NCBI RefSeq assembly: GCF_006345805.1
Contig: NC_043005.1
Span: forward strand, 80,414,001 to 80,478,000
Source: Octopus sinensis
Taxonomy: Eukaryota
Direction of reading: 5' to 3'
DNA length: 64,000 nucleotides
The notes below the pieces were generated by a model. The model made no database searches. It saw only the letters and a program-made list of their open reading frames with translations, and was not told the DNA's origin. Within the stretch, counting starts at the first letter, position 1; every line of letters starts with the position of its first letter. The position numbers were made by a program, and so were the translations under genes. Shown in pieces: positions 40,759 through 54,710 of this stretch.

Positions 40759-42544
40759 ATATTGCCAATATGTCTATAAAAATTCCGACCGACGCCCTTT
40801 GAAAGATAAAATACATATCTATGACTGCCATACACAGGGAGAAACTATCATTCGTTATACATGAAGTTAATAATGTTAGAAAAGAACAAAAATACTAAGA
40901 GCTTTTGCACTGAGATGCTTGTAGTAAAGTCGTGATTGTCAAGTATAACAACGATATTCGCACGTATAAACAACGCTATTTGCAAGTACAACAAGGATAA
41001 TTCTCTGAATCTATGTATCTCTGTCATTACTCTTACGCTCGTCTGTAATTCGAACTTTGAGAATCTGAGAAAGCTTTGATCGAAAAAATGTTTCTATATT
41101 GAGTCTTATTAAACTTGCACAGACAATTTCTTTCTCGATTGTCCCCAAAGTAAAAGCACTTATTTTTTATGTTTAACGAGAGGTGCTTTGCTTTTTACGA
41201 GGTACTCGTAAGAGAAACTTCATCGTGCTACAACAACAGCCGGTCGACATCGCTTCATAATGCTCTAATGCTTTGACATGCAAGAAGCCATCACCAATCG
41301 TATGTTAAATGGTTTTGTCGCTCTTCATGTGTTTAAGGCAGGTCCCACATTCGACACGCTCTTGCTTGTAGATATATCCCTGGCGAGCTTTAGTCATCGG
41401 GAGGAAATGCTTCCGTAGCAGCTTATTCGATACACTTTATTTATTCATTCATTCATTCATTCATTCATTCATTCATTCGGTTATCTATTTATTTCAAAAG
41501 CGAGATCTCTCTTGCCTTCATATTTATCGTTGATATTCTGTTTAGACTTAAAGCGGCAATTTAGCAGAATCATCTGTCTTTACGTCCTGAAATGAAACGC
41601 GCTGGGGTCGACTTTGCCTTTCATCGAGACTGCCAGCCTGAAATCAAAAAATTGAAACTGATATGCTGTTTAGACTGGAGAAATAAGAAAGACATAGATA
41701 CAAAGGGATGCCGACTGACAACTTATAACAGAATATTTATTTGTACTCTTGTAAGGGGAGAGAATAAAGACATTGGAATACACTAAGAACCAAACAACGA
41801 CCACCTTCTTTTCTCGATCTCAATCAGTATAAACAGAACAGTGACTTCCCGGTTTGAACTGTTAATATATCGCCGTAGTCTGAGCGACTGAAAAGAAAAC
41901 ATACATAACATTTTGTCCTAGAATTTCTTTGGTTTCATTGAAAACTTTACACCACTGGTTTCTTCAAAATGTTATTCTATTGGTTTCATTACGGAACTTC
42001 AATCCCGCAAGTTGCAGCCTTCCAATGTTAGACAGAAATATGTTAAAGTCTATTGCTTATTTTATGCAAAAACTATTTGGCAAACCGATTATTACGCACG
42101 GGTACATATAATAGTATACATACATACAAACATAGAAAATTACACACACAAACACACACACATATATATGCATACATTCATACATATGTATGTACATCTG
42201 TACGTTTGTCTGTCTGTGTGCGTGTATGCATGTGTGTGTGTATGTGTGTGTGTGAGCGTGTGTGTGTGTATGTATAAACGACAGGATTCCGTAAATTTTC
42301 CGTTTAATAAATTACACTGACAAATATTACAGAGTGGACAATTGCACAAAGACCTACACAGTTAGAGGGACTCAGAATTTGCACTTCTCAAAAACAGAAC
42401 CTTGTCTGCGACCGTTTTCGTAATGGATAAAGAACTAATTTACTCTAAGATACTCAGGGTCATCTCCAGGATTTCAACGCAAGCGGAATCTAATATTGCC
42501 CTCAGTGATGACAGAATACTATTTATCCTTTCTTCTATAAGCAC

Positions 42545-42722
42545 GAGGCGTGAAATTTTACGGTCAATGGTCGTAGTCGATTACGTTGACCCCAGTGTTC
42601 AACTACTACCTATTTTACTGACCCCAAAAAGGGTGATAAGTAAAGCCAACCTCAGCAGAATCTGAACACAGAACGCAGAGACGGATAAAATGCTGCTAAG
42701 CGATTCTACCGGCTTGCCGCCT
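42545..42722 (-). mobile_element. Nin/Deu-like SINE
   Basis: gtcgattacgttgaccccagtgttcaactact...gaacacagaacg...ctaagcgattctaccggcttgccgcct. Confidence 0.7.
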
Positions 42723-43629
42723 TACGCAGATTCCTACTTCTAACATAAACTAAAATATTATTTCCCCAATGATTTTTCATCTTAAATGAATCCATCTATG
42801 CCAAGATTATGGGATACAAGTGTTTTTTTCTTTTTTGTTAGACTTGTAAGTGGAATTTGCATTTCTTTAAAGGAGGATTTTGAAGGATTGCATCAATTAA
42901 GTTAGTTACAAGTACATTCTCTTATTAATTTATTTAAAAACGATCAGATAATTTAGTTTTCACAAACTGTTATAAAAAATAGAAACGTTAAATATGTTTT
43001 TAATGGTTTTTGAGTATTGTTGAAAATATTGGAATTCATAAATAAAATTACTTATTTTAATGGCGGCCGTTTAGTTAGTATATGCAACGAGGAGCTGAAT
43101 ATCATAATTTAGTTATGTAATTTAACCTATTAATCTGATTTGATTACTTCTCAATTTGAAGAAAAACTCGCTCTTTAAATGGAAAAAAAAATATTTACCT
43201 TCGCTCACAAATCTCATAAAATACTTCTTATATAGAATTAATATTTATTCTGAATTCTTCTTCTGCTTAAGTATGTGTAAGCTACGATTTAATAAAAGAT
43301 ATGTGTTTATTGCTTATTTATGAAACAATAATATGCACATATATTAATAAAAACGAAATTGAAAGTAAAATAGTAAATAATATCCATGTGATTTAATGGG
43401 AACGGTCTTCGATATTATAAACGTAATTCAAAAAGTGTCTGATAATACTCATGTTCACCTTTAACTCTTATATTAATACAGTCTATAAATCGGCTTAGAT
43501 GGTTTAGTAATTTAGACAAACAACGATATCCATCCCTTCTTCGGTCATCTGAGAGGAGAACTTTTAATAGAGCCTCTGAGAATTGAAACAGGACTAGGAT
43601 GTCCCGCAGAAGAATCCAAATATGTCATT

Positions 43630-43850
43630 GGTTTCAAATTTTGTAACAAGGCCAACAATTTCGGGGGATCGTGATCAATCGATTACATCGGACTCAGTGT
43701 TCGACTGGCACTTATTTTATCAACCCCCAAACGAGATGGAAGGCAAAGTAGACTTCGGTGGAATTTGAACTCAGAACGTAAGAGACAAATGAAATACCAC
43801 CAAGTATTTTGCCTGGCTTGCTGCTAACGATTTTGCCAACCCTCCACCTT
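43630..43850 (-). mobile_element. Nin/Deu-like SINE
   Basis: ggtttcaaattttgtaacaaggcc...aggcaaagtagacttcggtggaatttgaactcagaacgtaa. Confidence 0.75.
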
Positions 43851-44574
43851 CCAATTTTGTGACATAATTATATTCAAACATAAGAGGAAAGCCATTACGT
43901 GGATTCCTTACATGCTGAAAGTAGATGCGTTGAGGTTATAAACGTCAGTAGCACAGTCTCGTATAAGACGCCACACTTAGTTGGCAATTATACGTTACGA
44001 TTCCGTATTCCTACTGTCTACATCTGGCTCAGAGATTTAATATAGCTCATTTCTCCTTTTTCGAGAACAGCGACGGTTTGTCGTTGGAAAAAGCATATAG
44101 TATTTTGCGAGTAGGGCGAATTTTTATCACTAGCGGATGATCAATACATGCCGGGGACGGGTAAATAGCCAGAAACTCGAGTCCATGTGTATCACGTAAG
44201 GCTAGAAATAGGAGCGATGACCTCCCCTCGCAAATATTAATCGGACACAGTATGTGTGTCGTTAGTCAACTGGAAGGGATGTCTTCCTGGGGATATAAAT
44301 GTCAGTAGCACTCTCCAGTATATGACGCTACACTTGGTGGCAATTTATATATATGCTTCCAGGGGTTTCTATCAATTAAATTCTCTTTTAAGGCTTTGGT
44401 TAGCCCAAGCCTACGGTAAAAGTCACATGACCAAGGTGCCCCGCAGTTGGACTGAAACCGAAATCTGTTTAGTTTCAAAGCATATCAAACCCACAGCTAT
44501 ACCAGCACCTGTTTTTTTTTTTTGTATATGCAAATTTGTATGCTCAATACATGAAATATGTTATTAATTTCTTT

Positions 44575-44808
44575 ATTTCTGTATTACCCACAGGGGACTA
44601 AATATAGAAGAGACAAACAAGGACATACACAAAGGGATTAAGTCGATTACATCGACCCCAATGCGTAACTGGTACTTATTTACTCGACCCCGAAATGATG
44701 CAAGGCAAAGTCGACATCGGTAGAATTTGAACTGTGAACGTAACGGCAGACGAAATACCGCTAAACATTTCGTCCGGCGTGCTAACGAACCTGCCAGCTC
44801 GCCGCCTT
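44575..44808 (-). mobile_element. Nin/Deu-like SINE, young subfamily
   Basis: cccacaggggactaaa...ggattaagtcgattacatcgaccccaatgcgtaactggtac...ccagctcgccgcct. Confidence 0.85.
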
Positions 44809-44979
44809 AATGACATATGCCATTAATCACCCAATTAACAACAATATCTGGACGCTGACGAATCATTTAAGCCGGAAACTCATCTCTCCCTTTACTACAT
44901 ATGAAATTACAATTAGCCTTCCGTATTTTAGTAATTAATTAAACAGTTCTACAGTTCTATAGTTAAACAAAATATACAT

Positions 44980-45326
44980 TGGTTTCAATTTTTAGCACAA
45001 GGCCAGCAATTTCGGGGGAGGAGTAAGTCGATAACATAGACCCCAGGCTTTAATTGGAATTTATTTTATCAACGCTGAAAAGATAAATGGCAAAGTGGAT
45101 TTCGGTGGCATTTGAACTCAGAACGTAAAGACGAACACTGCGCTGGGTAAAGAGCTTACAGACATCTCGTCTGTTTTTAAGTTCTGAGTTCAAGTTCCGC
45201 CGAGGTCGACTTTGTTTTTTACACTTTCGGGTTCGATAAAATGAGTACCAGATATGCACTGGTATCTGTATAATCGTCTTGCTCCCATCCCCGAAATTGC
45301 TGACATTCGGTCAAAATCTGAGACCA
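44980..45326. mobile_element. Head-to-head inverted pair of Nin/Deu-like SINE fragments
   Basis: Minus copy 44980-45135, plus copy 45167-45326, about 31-nt spacer. Confidence 0.75.
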
Positions 45327-45889
45327 GTATTTCTGCCCATTCCGCTTGGGTATCTCTTTGAACAATAAACCAGAAAAGTTACTCTGCTAGGTAGGTTGTA
45401 ATAAACAATCGTCAGCTATGCAACTATCCCACTGGTTCAAACTGTACGCTACAATCGAGGATTGCTCAACCAAAGAAGATTAATATATCTTAGCCATGAC
45501 GTCAGTTAAATGCCGAAACAGGAGCGAGAATGTCCGCTCTATGCATAGTAAAATTATTAACATGGTCGTTTACAACGTTCAAGAATAAGGTCAAGATAAA
45601 TATGAACATGTCGGTTGATTAAAGTTATATTGCTCACTCCATTGAGTAATTTAATATTACAAGGACATATTATTTTAGTTATAAAACACTACAGGTTTGC
45701 CTCACCAATAACAATCATAAGTAGTTGTAGTAATAATTGTTTCTAATTTAGGCACAAGGTCAGTTGTCTTTGTGGAAAGGACTATTAGGTTACAGTAACG
45801 CCTCGGTATTTGACCTTGGTGAAATACTATAGAATTTTTGTTTTATTCCGACGTTCAAAAGATTCGGCCATTTCGCGGCATTAATGGAC

Positions 45890-46365
45890 AGTAATAATCG
45901 TTTCCTTTCTACTGTAGGTACTAGGCCGGAAATTTCAGTGGAGATAATTAGGGGATTATATCTGTTTCTTTATTACCCACAAGGGGCTAAACACAGAGGG
46001 GACAAACAAGGACAGACAAACGGATTAAGTCGATTACATCGACCCCAGTGCGTAACTGGTACTTATTTAATCGACCCCGAAAGGATGAAAGGCAAAGTCG
46101 ACAATGGCGGAATTTGAACTCAGAACGTAACGGCAGACGAAATACGGTTACGCATTTCGCCCGGCGTGCTAACAGTTCTGCCAGCTCGCCGCCTTTTATT
46201 TGGGGATTATATCAACACCCGTGTGCGCCTGGCACTTATTTTATCGATATCAAGGGTATGAGACGCCAAGTCGTTTTCGTCGGAATTTGATCCCGGAACG
46301 TAAAACAGGAAGAAATTCCGCTAAATATTTTGTCTAGCCTGCTAACGATCTGCCAGCTTGCCGAC
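45890..46365 (-). mobile_element. Young Nin/Deu-like SINE (to 46195) plus an older degenerate copy
   Basis: Near-identical to the copies at 47480 and 57361 over about 170 bp. Confidence 0.85.
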
Positions 46366-46662
46366 TTCTAAATAATTTTTTCTTTGCCTTTTCTTTTTCT
46401 TTTTGTGAGGAAATCGAAGTCAATTGCATTTCGTCCGACACGGTACCACATGCAAAAAGTAAAAAAATTAGTAGAAAAATGTTTGCTAGTTAAATCTGTT
46501 GAAGTACTTTACTTTGTCGATCCCAGCATAATGAAAGAAATGTTGAACTCAGCTATTTTCAAACTTTGAATGTACGGATGCTTAAGTACACCCCGGAAAA
46601 TATTTTCTCTGTCTCAAACGATTTTGACAATCCACCGCTTCTCCGGTTCTCTATATGAAACA

Positions 46663-46983
46663 TGAGGGCGCGTGGCTTAGTGGTTAGGGCATTCGGCTCC
46701 TGATCGTAAGGTTGTGAGTTCGATTCCCGGCGACGCGTTGTGTCCTTGAGCAAGACACTTTGTTTCACGTTGCTCCAGTCCACTCAGCTGGCAAAAATGA
46801 GTTGTACTTGTATTTCAAAGGGTCAGCCTTGTCACTCTCTGTGTCACGCTGATTATCCCCGAGAACTACGTTAAGGGTACACGTGTCTGTGGAATGCTCA
46901 GCCATTTGCACGTTAATTTCACGAGCAAGCTGTTCCGTTGATCGTATCAGCTGGGACCCTCGTCGTCGTAACCGGCGGAGTCT
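46663..46983 (+). mobile_element. CORE-like tRNA SINE
   Basis: gcgcgtggcttagtggttagg, gagttcgattc, tgtgtccttgagcaagacacttt...cactcagctggcaaaaatgag. Confidence 0.85.
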
Positions 46984-47334
46984 TTTAAAATATGAAACAT
47001 AATAACTTCATTCTTTCGTAGACCTGGACGGTTCCATATCTAATAAAAAGCATGAACTGTTTGCATAAGGAAGAATCCATTCAAATGACAGAATAATTGA
47101 TTGAATAATAAAACGATAAATTGTTGGTGAAATCATAAATATTTTTTCAATAACATTGGTCTACTTTCTGCGTCTTATACATGTCTGGGCAACAGCTTGG
47201 ATTTTCGTAACAGCAGAAGTGACTCAATAATAACAAGTAATATGTTAGTTTCGAATTTGCAAACCATAAGAAGAGCTACACAGATATATTCCTGACTACG
47301 AAGAACTGAAATATAACCCTAGATTTATATATGC

Positions 47335-47370
<36 letters not shown>

Positions 47371-47479
47371 GCAGAGGGTTAAGATGTAAGATCCAGAGAA
47401 GCTCAATATGGAAAATATGTAGTAGTGTTCAAATGATTTGAACTTACTTTATAGAATACTTATCTTTATAGAATATTTA

Positions 47480-47698
47480 TTTCTTTACTAGCCACGAAGG
47501 GCCAAACACAGAGGAGACAAACAAGGACAGACAGACGGATTAAGTCGATTATATCGAGTCCAGTGCGTAACTGGTACTTAAGTTATCGACCCCGAAAGGA
47601 TGAAAGGCAAAGTCGACCTCGGCGGAATTTGAACTCAGAACGTAACGGCAGACGAAATACGGCTACGCATTTCGCCCGGCGTGCTAACGTTTCTGCCT
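47480..47698 (-). mobile_element. Young Nin/Deu-like SINE
   Basis: atcgaccccgaaaggatgaaaggcaaagtcgacctcggcggaatttgaactcagaacgtaacggcagacgaaatac. Confidence 0.88.
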
Positions 47699-47860
47699 TA
47701 AATGTTTATAGAATACTAAGACAGCAGGGTAGAGTGTCTATAAGAACAATGTACATGAGCTGATATGCAAATCATGAGGATGCAAATAACAAAATAAACA
47801 AGCTTGGGCTTGACATATTGTATATACATAGATATATACATGTGAATATATATAAGGATA

Positions 47861-48060
47861 CGAAGGGCGCTGGAACGTTCGAGGCTTTGTGTAAAAGAAA
47901 ATACAAGAGGATGAGCTATAGATTATTCAATATATTCTTCTTTCGGATTCACACACTTATCTCAGCGGTCCTTCAGTTTTCTAAGCCTTCTAAAAAGAAC
48001 TCGGATGGCTGGGTCTCTAACCAGGGCTTTCGCGACACATTTAAAGCCAGGGCCTTTTCA
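47861..48060. mobile_element. Mariner-type MITE related to 22827
   Basis: ta-cgaagggcgctggaacgttc...ttcacacacttatctcagcggtccttcagttt...ttaaagccaggg. Confidence 0.6.
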
Positions 48061-48849
48061 TACATACATACATAAATACATACATAAATACATACATACA
48101 TACTGCATACATACATACATAGATACATACATACATTCGTACTTATGTATGTATGAATGCATCTATGTATGCTTCCATGCATACATGTATGTATGTATGT
48201 ATAAAGGAAGAGGTTTTCAACAACTTGTGTGCATGTATGCGTGTGTGTGTTTGCGAATGTGTGTGTATCTGTGTGCGTGTACTTTTGTTTGCGTTTGTTA
48301 TTCCACCACCACTTCACAACCGGTGTTTACGATCCTGTAACTTAACGATTCGACTAAAACTTCTCCAGAGTGATGATCCAGCCTCGCCGCAGTGTAATAA
48401 GTAAAACGAGGAGAAGATAAAAGGTAAAAAATATACAAATTCTTACCTACATTTAGAGAATTTGTTATGCATCGTTCTACTACAGTCATACACGAAATAA
48501 TATGCAGGGGAAGAAAAATAGATGTTTCAAGCGATAGATTCGTAAAAAAAAAGGTGGGGACCAAAATCTATAATGGATAACTGAATAACAGGTATTGTTT
48601 CGAATATGGACATTAATGATGTGGCTATTTTAGACTTAAGCAGCATTATAAATGAAGCTGAGAAATAAATAGACTTATAAATATTTCCTAGTTGTATATA
48701 TTTGTGCGCAGCATTGCAGTTATCCTTACTAAATAATTTATCACCCGCTTTTTTTCTCGCTCTGTGTATACCTGCCTCTTATTCTTCATTTCTTACTCAC
48801 TCTAACTGCCTGTTCAATTCTGTATGTATATGTTATATATATATATCTG

Positions 48850-48890
<41 letters not shown>

Positions 48891-48911
48891 ATCTATCTAT
48901 CTATCTATCCA

Positions 48912-48978
<67 letters not shown>

Positions 48979-49081
48979 TTATGATATCATATCAAATCGA
49001 AAGTTAATTTATCATTTTTAATGTACCGGTGGCTTATGTTTTGCTCTATGATTATACATACATATGCATAATACAGATATG

Positions 49082-49142
<61 letters not shown>

Positions 49143-49472
49143 CATATATAGGTATTACATAAATATATATATATATATATATATATTAAGGTATGTAGAA
49201 AAATACAACATGGACAAGAACGTATAACTCTTAGAAGACGATACAATAAACACGGACAGGACATTCGAAACCCTCAGTCTTCAGTCAAGAACCGGATCAT
49301 CGTAGTAATTTCGGCTGATTAATCTTGAATATATATATATATAATATATATATATATATAATATATATATATATACATATATATATAAATACATATACAC
49401 ACATACATACAGACACACATATGTAATGTTAAATATGATGTGTGAACATGTAACCGTGTATACATATCATAC

Positions 49473-49514
<42 letters not shown>

Positions 49515-49590
49515 AATATACATTACATATATTACATATATGTGTATATATATATATGTATATATATATATATACATACATACGCACACA

Positions 49591-49693
<103 letters not shown>

Positions 49694-50368
49694 GATAAAA
49701 ATTCAAACCGCAAAAAAAACATGTAATAAAAAAAATCAGAAAAAAAAGATGGACAAGAAAAGAGATAAATTTTTTTTTTAAAATAGATTCATTCATTCAT
49801 TCTTTCGTTCATTTATACAGCGCATGCCATTTTCGCTTTCATTTCTCTATAACTCAACTGAATATGATGCGAACAGTAGATTTGTCAATGACACTAGAAA
49901 AATCTCATAGAAAATGCCGTCAGAGATAATGCTGTTTAACGACGCTTTTTATATAGCTTTTGATACTATATTTCCTCCCTTTTCGCTCTGAAATTCTCCA
50001 GTCCGTCCATCAACAATATTTCTTTGCACATAATGAGCCGCTATTACATTTCAGACTACATAGAGTCAAAATTCTATGTGGGACTTCGCATAACAACATC
50101 TATTGTCCAAGAGCTGAATTAAAAGCCTCTCTAACCTCGGGTCAGCAGACATCTTAGCTGTAATTTTTTTTTTTATATTTTTTATATTTTTTGTGTTATG
50201 TTATTTATTTTTTGTTTTTTATATTTTATCTTATTTATTTATTTATTGCAGACAATGGCCGTGATGGTTATCAGAATGGTACAAATGATATTTATGTGAT
50301 ATAAGTCTGAATATATTATTTTCTTTCTTTTTTCTTCTTTTATTTCTTTTTTCTACCTTTATATTTTT

Positions 50369-50973
50369 GTGATCCTCACCACCACCACCACCACCTCCAC
50401 CATATTCCTCCTCCTCCATCTTCTACCCTCCTCCTTCTCCTCCTCCTCCTTCTCTCCGTTCTCTTCGTTCTCTTCGTTCTCGTTCTCGTTCTCCTTTTCC
50501 TCCTCCTTCTCGTCTTCCGCATCGTCATCATTGTCCTCCTTCTCCTCCTCCTCCTCCTCATCATCATCATCATCATCGTCGTCGTCGTCGTCGTCACCGT
50601 CGTCGTCGTCGTCATCATCATCAGTAGGAGCATCATAACTACTTACGAAGTCTTCGCTCTCGTGTCCTGATCTCCTACTCCTTCTCCTTCCCCTCGTCCT
50701 CTCCTTTTTTCGTCATCGTCCTCCACGTCGTCTCCGACCTCCGCTTCCCTTCTCCTTTTTCCTTCTCCACTTCCTTCTCCCCTTCCATCCTCTTCCTCCC
50801 ATCTCCATCACCTTCACCACCATCATCATCATAACCTTCATCATCGTCATCGTCGTCGTCATCGTCGTCACCCTCATGGAACAAAGAGCAAAAATCTACT
50901 AAGTAGCAATATCAACTATTAACAAATAAACAACACCAACCACAATAACAACAACAAAAGTAACAAAACCTTT

Positions 50974-51019
<46 letters not shown>

Positions 51020-51252
51020 CAGCAGTAGTAGTATTGTTGGTGGTGGTGATGGTGGGGGTGGTAGTAGTAGTGGTGGTGGTGGTGGTAGTAGCAGTGGTTG
51101 TAATAGCAGTAGTAGTAGTTGCTGTTTTAGTTGTTATTTTTGTTTTTGCTGTTGTTGTTGTTGTTGCAGTTGTTGTTTTTGTAGTAATCAGTACAAAAGC
51201 CAAAGCAATAGCAATTATTGTAATGAAAATAATGATAATAATGATAATAATA

Positions 51253-51292
<40 letters not shown>

Positions 51293-51375
51293 TAATAATA
51301 ATGATAATAATAATGATAATAATAATGATAATAATAATAATGACAATAATAATAATAATGATAATAATAATAATG

Positions 51376-51421
<46 letters not shown>

Positions 51422-51468
51422 TGATGATGATAATAATATTAATGATGATGATAATAATGATAATAATG

Positions 51469-51507
<39 letters not shown>

Positions 51508-52065
51508 GTAATAATAATGATAATAATAATGACAATAATAATAATAATGATAATGATAATATAAATATTGTTGTTATTGTTATTATTATTATTATTTTTT
51601 TTATAATAATAATAATTATTATTATCATTATTATAATCGTTATCACAACATTATAAAGAATAATAATGACAATGACAATTGTAATAAAACTAATGATTAC
51701 AACATCAAGATAATAATGTTGATGAACATGATGAATGATGATGATGATGACCATAACAACATTAATAATAATAATGATAATAATAATAGTATAAGAAGAA
51801 AAGAAAGTAAATTAAGAGAAAGAAGAAAAGGAAGAGGAAGGAGGAGGAGGAGAAGAAGAAGAAGAAGAAGAAGAAGAAGAAGAAAAAAGGGTGGTGTTGA
51901 CGATGACGATGTTGATGATGATGGTGATAAGGATGACGCTGTTGATGATGATGGTGATGATGATGATGACAGTGGTGGTGATGACGGTGGCGACGTTGAT
52001 GATGATGAGGAGCAGGTTGACGGTGGTGATGATGATGGTGGCGGTGATGATGATGATGATGATGT

Positions 52066-52113
<48 letters not shown>

Positions 52114-52200
52114 CGGTGATGATGATGGTTGTTGTGATGATGCTGATGACGATGATGATGACGGTGATGATGATGGTTGTTGTGATGATGATGATTCCAA
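50369..52200. repeat. 1.8-kb trinucleotide-microsatellite mosaic (CCA/TCC/TCA/TCG, ACA/GTA/GTT, ATA/ATG/TAT, AGA/GGA, GAT/GGT)
   Basis: Direct reading; source of the poly-S/D/I/T ORFs. Confidence 0.95.
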
Positions 52201-52661
52201 GCAAGATATGGATTAGGAGTGAGATGTCGAGTATTAGTCCATGTGTATATGTGTCTGCTTTTAAGCGCATATAAGGGAAGGATGTGTGCAAGACAGAGAG
52301 ACAGAGAGAGAAACAGAGTCACAGACTGACAGGCAGGCAAACAGGCAGACAGAAAGAGAAATTTCGATGGTAAAGAAAAAGAAATATGAGAGAAAAATGA
52401 AGAAAAAAAATTGCAGTATATATGTATATGAATTGTGAAAGAAAAGTCAAATGAAATTTACAAGGGAACAATTGTATCGAAATCAACATGATATAGGCTC
52501 CAAAATTTTCATATTTCTTTGGAAAAATATCTCTCTTTCTTTGGTTCAGTGTAGGAGTGTGGAGATGAAAAGGCATTGTTTGGGAAAGAAAAGCGAAGAA
52601 AATATGTCGCTGCTGAGCTTGAAAGAAAATAGTAATAAATGTGTGAGTTGTGAGTATTTCT

Positions 52662-52693
<32 letters not shown>

Positions 52694-52909
52694 GCATGCG
52701 TATAGTTATCTATGCATACATGCATACATATATACACACATATATATATACAAGTACATATATATAGGTATGTATGTATGATTATATGCACATGTCTGTA
52801 TATATAGACGTACATTTGCCATGAGAATAGTCTAACGGACCGTAAATGTTATGTTCATGTGTTGTGGACATAAAAACAACTGTGTGTGAATAAATTCCAT
52901 GAATTACTG

Positions 52910-52993
<84 letters not shown>

Positions 52994-53624
52994 TATATAT
53001 ATATGTATATATATACTTATATATATATATATATATATATGCAGATATAGAATACGCAGATGTATAAACAAACACACACACACACACATATACACATGCT
53101 CTCGTGACACACACACATACACACGTATGCACACATTCTTACGTACACACACGGTCCCGCGCACGCTCAAAAGCTTTATGCGGCAGCGCAGTGTTGATAG
53201 AAAATATTTCATTTACACATATTTATACATATTAATATACATATACAGATAGTTGAATTGTGTGTGTCAATATATATATATATGTGTGTGTGTGCGTGTG
53301 TATGTGTTTGTGTGTGTGTGTGTGCGTGTCTATATGCGTGCGTGCGTACGTGTGTGTGTTTTTGTGTCTATATATGTATTTACACATACATGTATGTACG
53401 CATATATATTTTTAGATATATAGATAAAGATAGATATATATAAAAATATATACATACATATATATACATATATATAGATACATATATATGTATATATATA
53501 GATGTGTGTAGGTTTGCATATATATATATATATATATATACATACACAAATATCTATATATGGTTCAGATGTACAGAAAAAGAGAGATAAACAGGTGAGG
53601 GAACAATATACAGATATGTCAGTT

Positions 53625-53745
53625 TGACACTCAAGAAACATAAAAATGTCTGTGACGTTTCGAGTCTACGCTCTTCGACAAAAAATGATGGGAAGGAACA
53701 AAAGAGAATGTGTGAAAAAGTCGAAGAGAGATAAAAGGTGTCTGC
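53625..53745 (-). mobile_element. Penelope-like tail, degenerate hammerhead
   Basis: Minus strand reads tgtcgaagagcgtagactcgaaacgtcac, the same motif family as 6800. Confidence 0.5.
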
Positions 53746-53838
53746 ATCAATGGCGCCATGTACATATCTACATACATACATACATACATACATACATACA
53801 TACATGCATACATACAGACAGACCGCCAGACACACAGG

Positions 53839-53934
<96 letters not shown>

Positions 53935-54185
53935 CAGACAGATAGATTGATTGATTGATTGATTAATAGGCAGACGGATAGATATGAAGGTACTGGAACT
54001 TAACTTACCAAGTCAAAGGGAGAAAACCTCTTACTCTTTAACCCCTTTACTTCCAAATATACGAGGATCTGGTCATGTCTTTTCCCCTTCTATAGGTACC
54101 TAAGAAAGCATCTTACTAAATCTCACCTCCTCCTCTCTCACTCTCTCCATATATACACACAAACACACACACACAAAGAAATATA

Positions 54186-54427
54186 CAGGTTTGACCAAAA
54201 GTCACCCGACAGTAAATGAAATATTCCGTAAGTAGTTAATATTCAATCTTACTTATTTCTTCCAATTATGAATGTTTAATTATTGAATGCTGTGTGCTAA
54301 AATGACGTTTTTAGTTTTCAATTTTTGTTTATTTATCAGCGAAGTCACAAATAAAATATTATTTTTGTATGAATCTTGATATTAAATAGGTTTTGATTTA
54401 CTGTCAGTTGATGTTTGGCCAACCCTG
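54186..54427. mobile_element. 242-bp Tc1-type MITE
   Basis: TIRs caggtttgaccaaaagtcacccgacagtaaat and, on the other strand, cagggttggccaaacatcaactgacagtaaat. TA at the left flank. Confidence 0.8.
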
Positions 54428-54677
54428 CATATCAGTGAAGTGTAGATAATGCAAGTTAACTGACAAGTAACGAAATATTCTAAGTCTTAAAACATTCAAA
54501 GTCTTTTTTCTTTAATGCCATCGTGAGCCGTTACATAATTTGTACAAAGTGAATTGTACCACAATTGCCCAAACAAATAAACGATTCATACATACGTTGA
54601 ACTCTGTACATTAGACACTATTCAATAATTAGGCTCACTAAACATTCACATTAAAACAATTATTTCTTCGCTACTAG

Positions 54678-54710
54678 ATATGCCCTATTTATTGACCAGT
54701 ACGAAATCAG
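54678..54710 (+). CDS. Candidate 33-nt microexon, copy 1 (phase 2: YALFIDQYEI; phase 1: DMPYLLTSTKS)
   Basis: ctcac branch-like motif, tttcttcgctactag acceptor and CAG|gtaagg donor. Paralogous to 56799. Confidence 0.4.

Noticed and set aside
41038-41065. Cadherin-like ILKVRITDE 28-nt minus-strand exon
   Set aside because: The next base cannot give the DxND motif, and cephalopod protocadherin repeats are typically in large exons. Likely chance.
49240-49320. Hammerhead at minus-strand CTGAAGA in a repeat tail
   Set aside because: No viable stem II or stem I, and GAAT occurs in place of GAAA.
51716-52216. Asp-rich ORF resembling acidic biomineralisation proteins
   Set aside because: It lies wholly within a trinucleotide mosaic, has no signal peptide or splice context, and overlapping frames on both strands are equally open.
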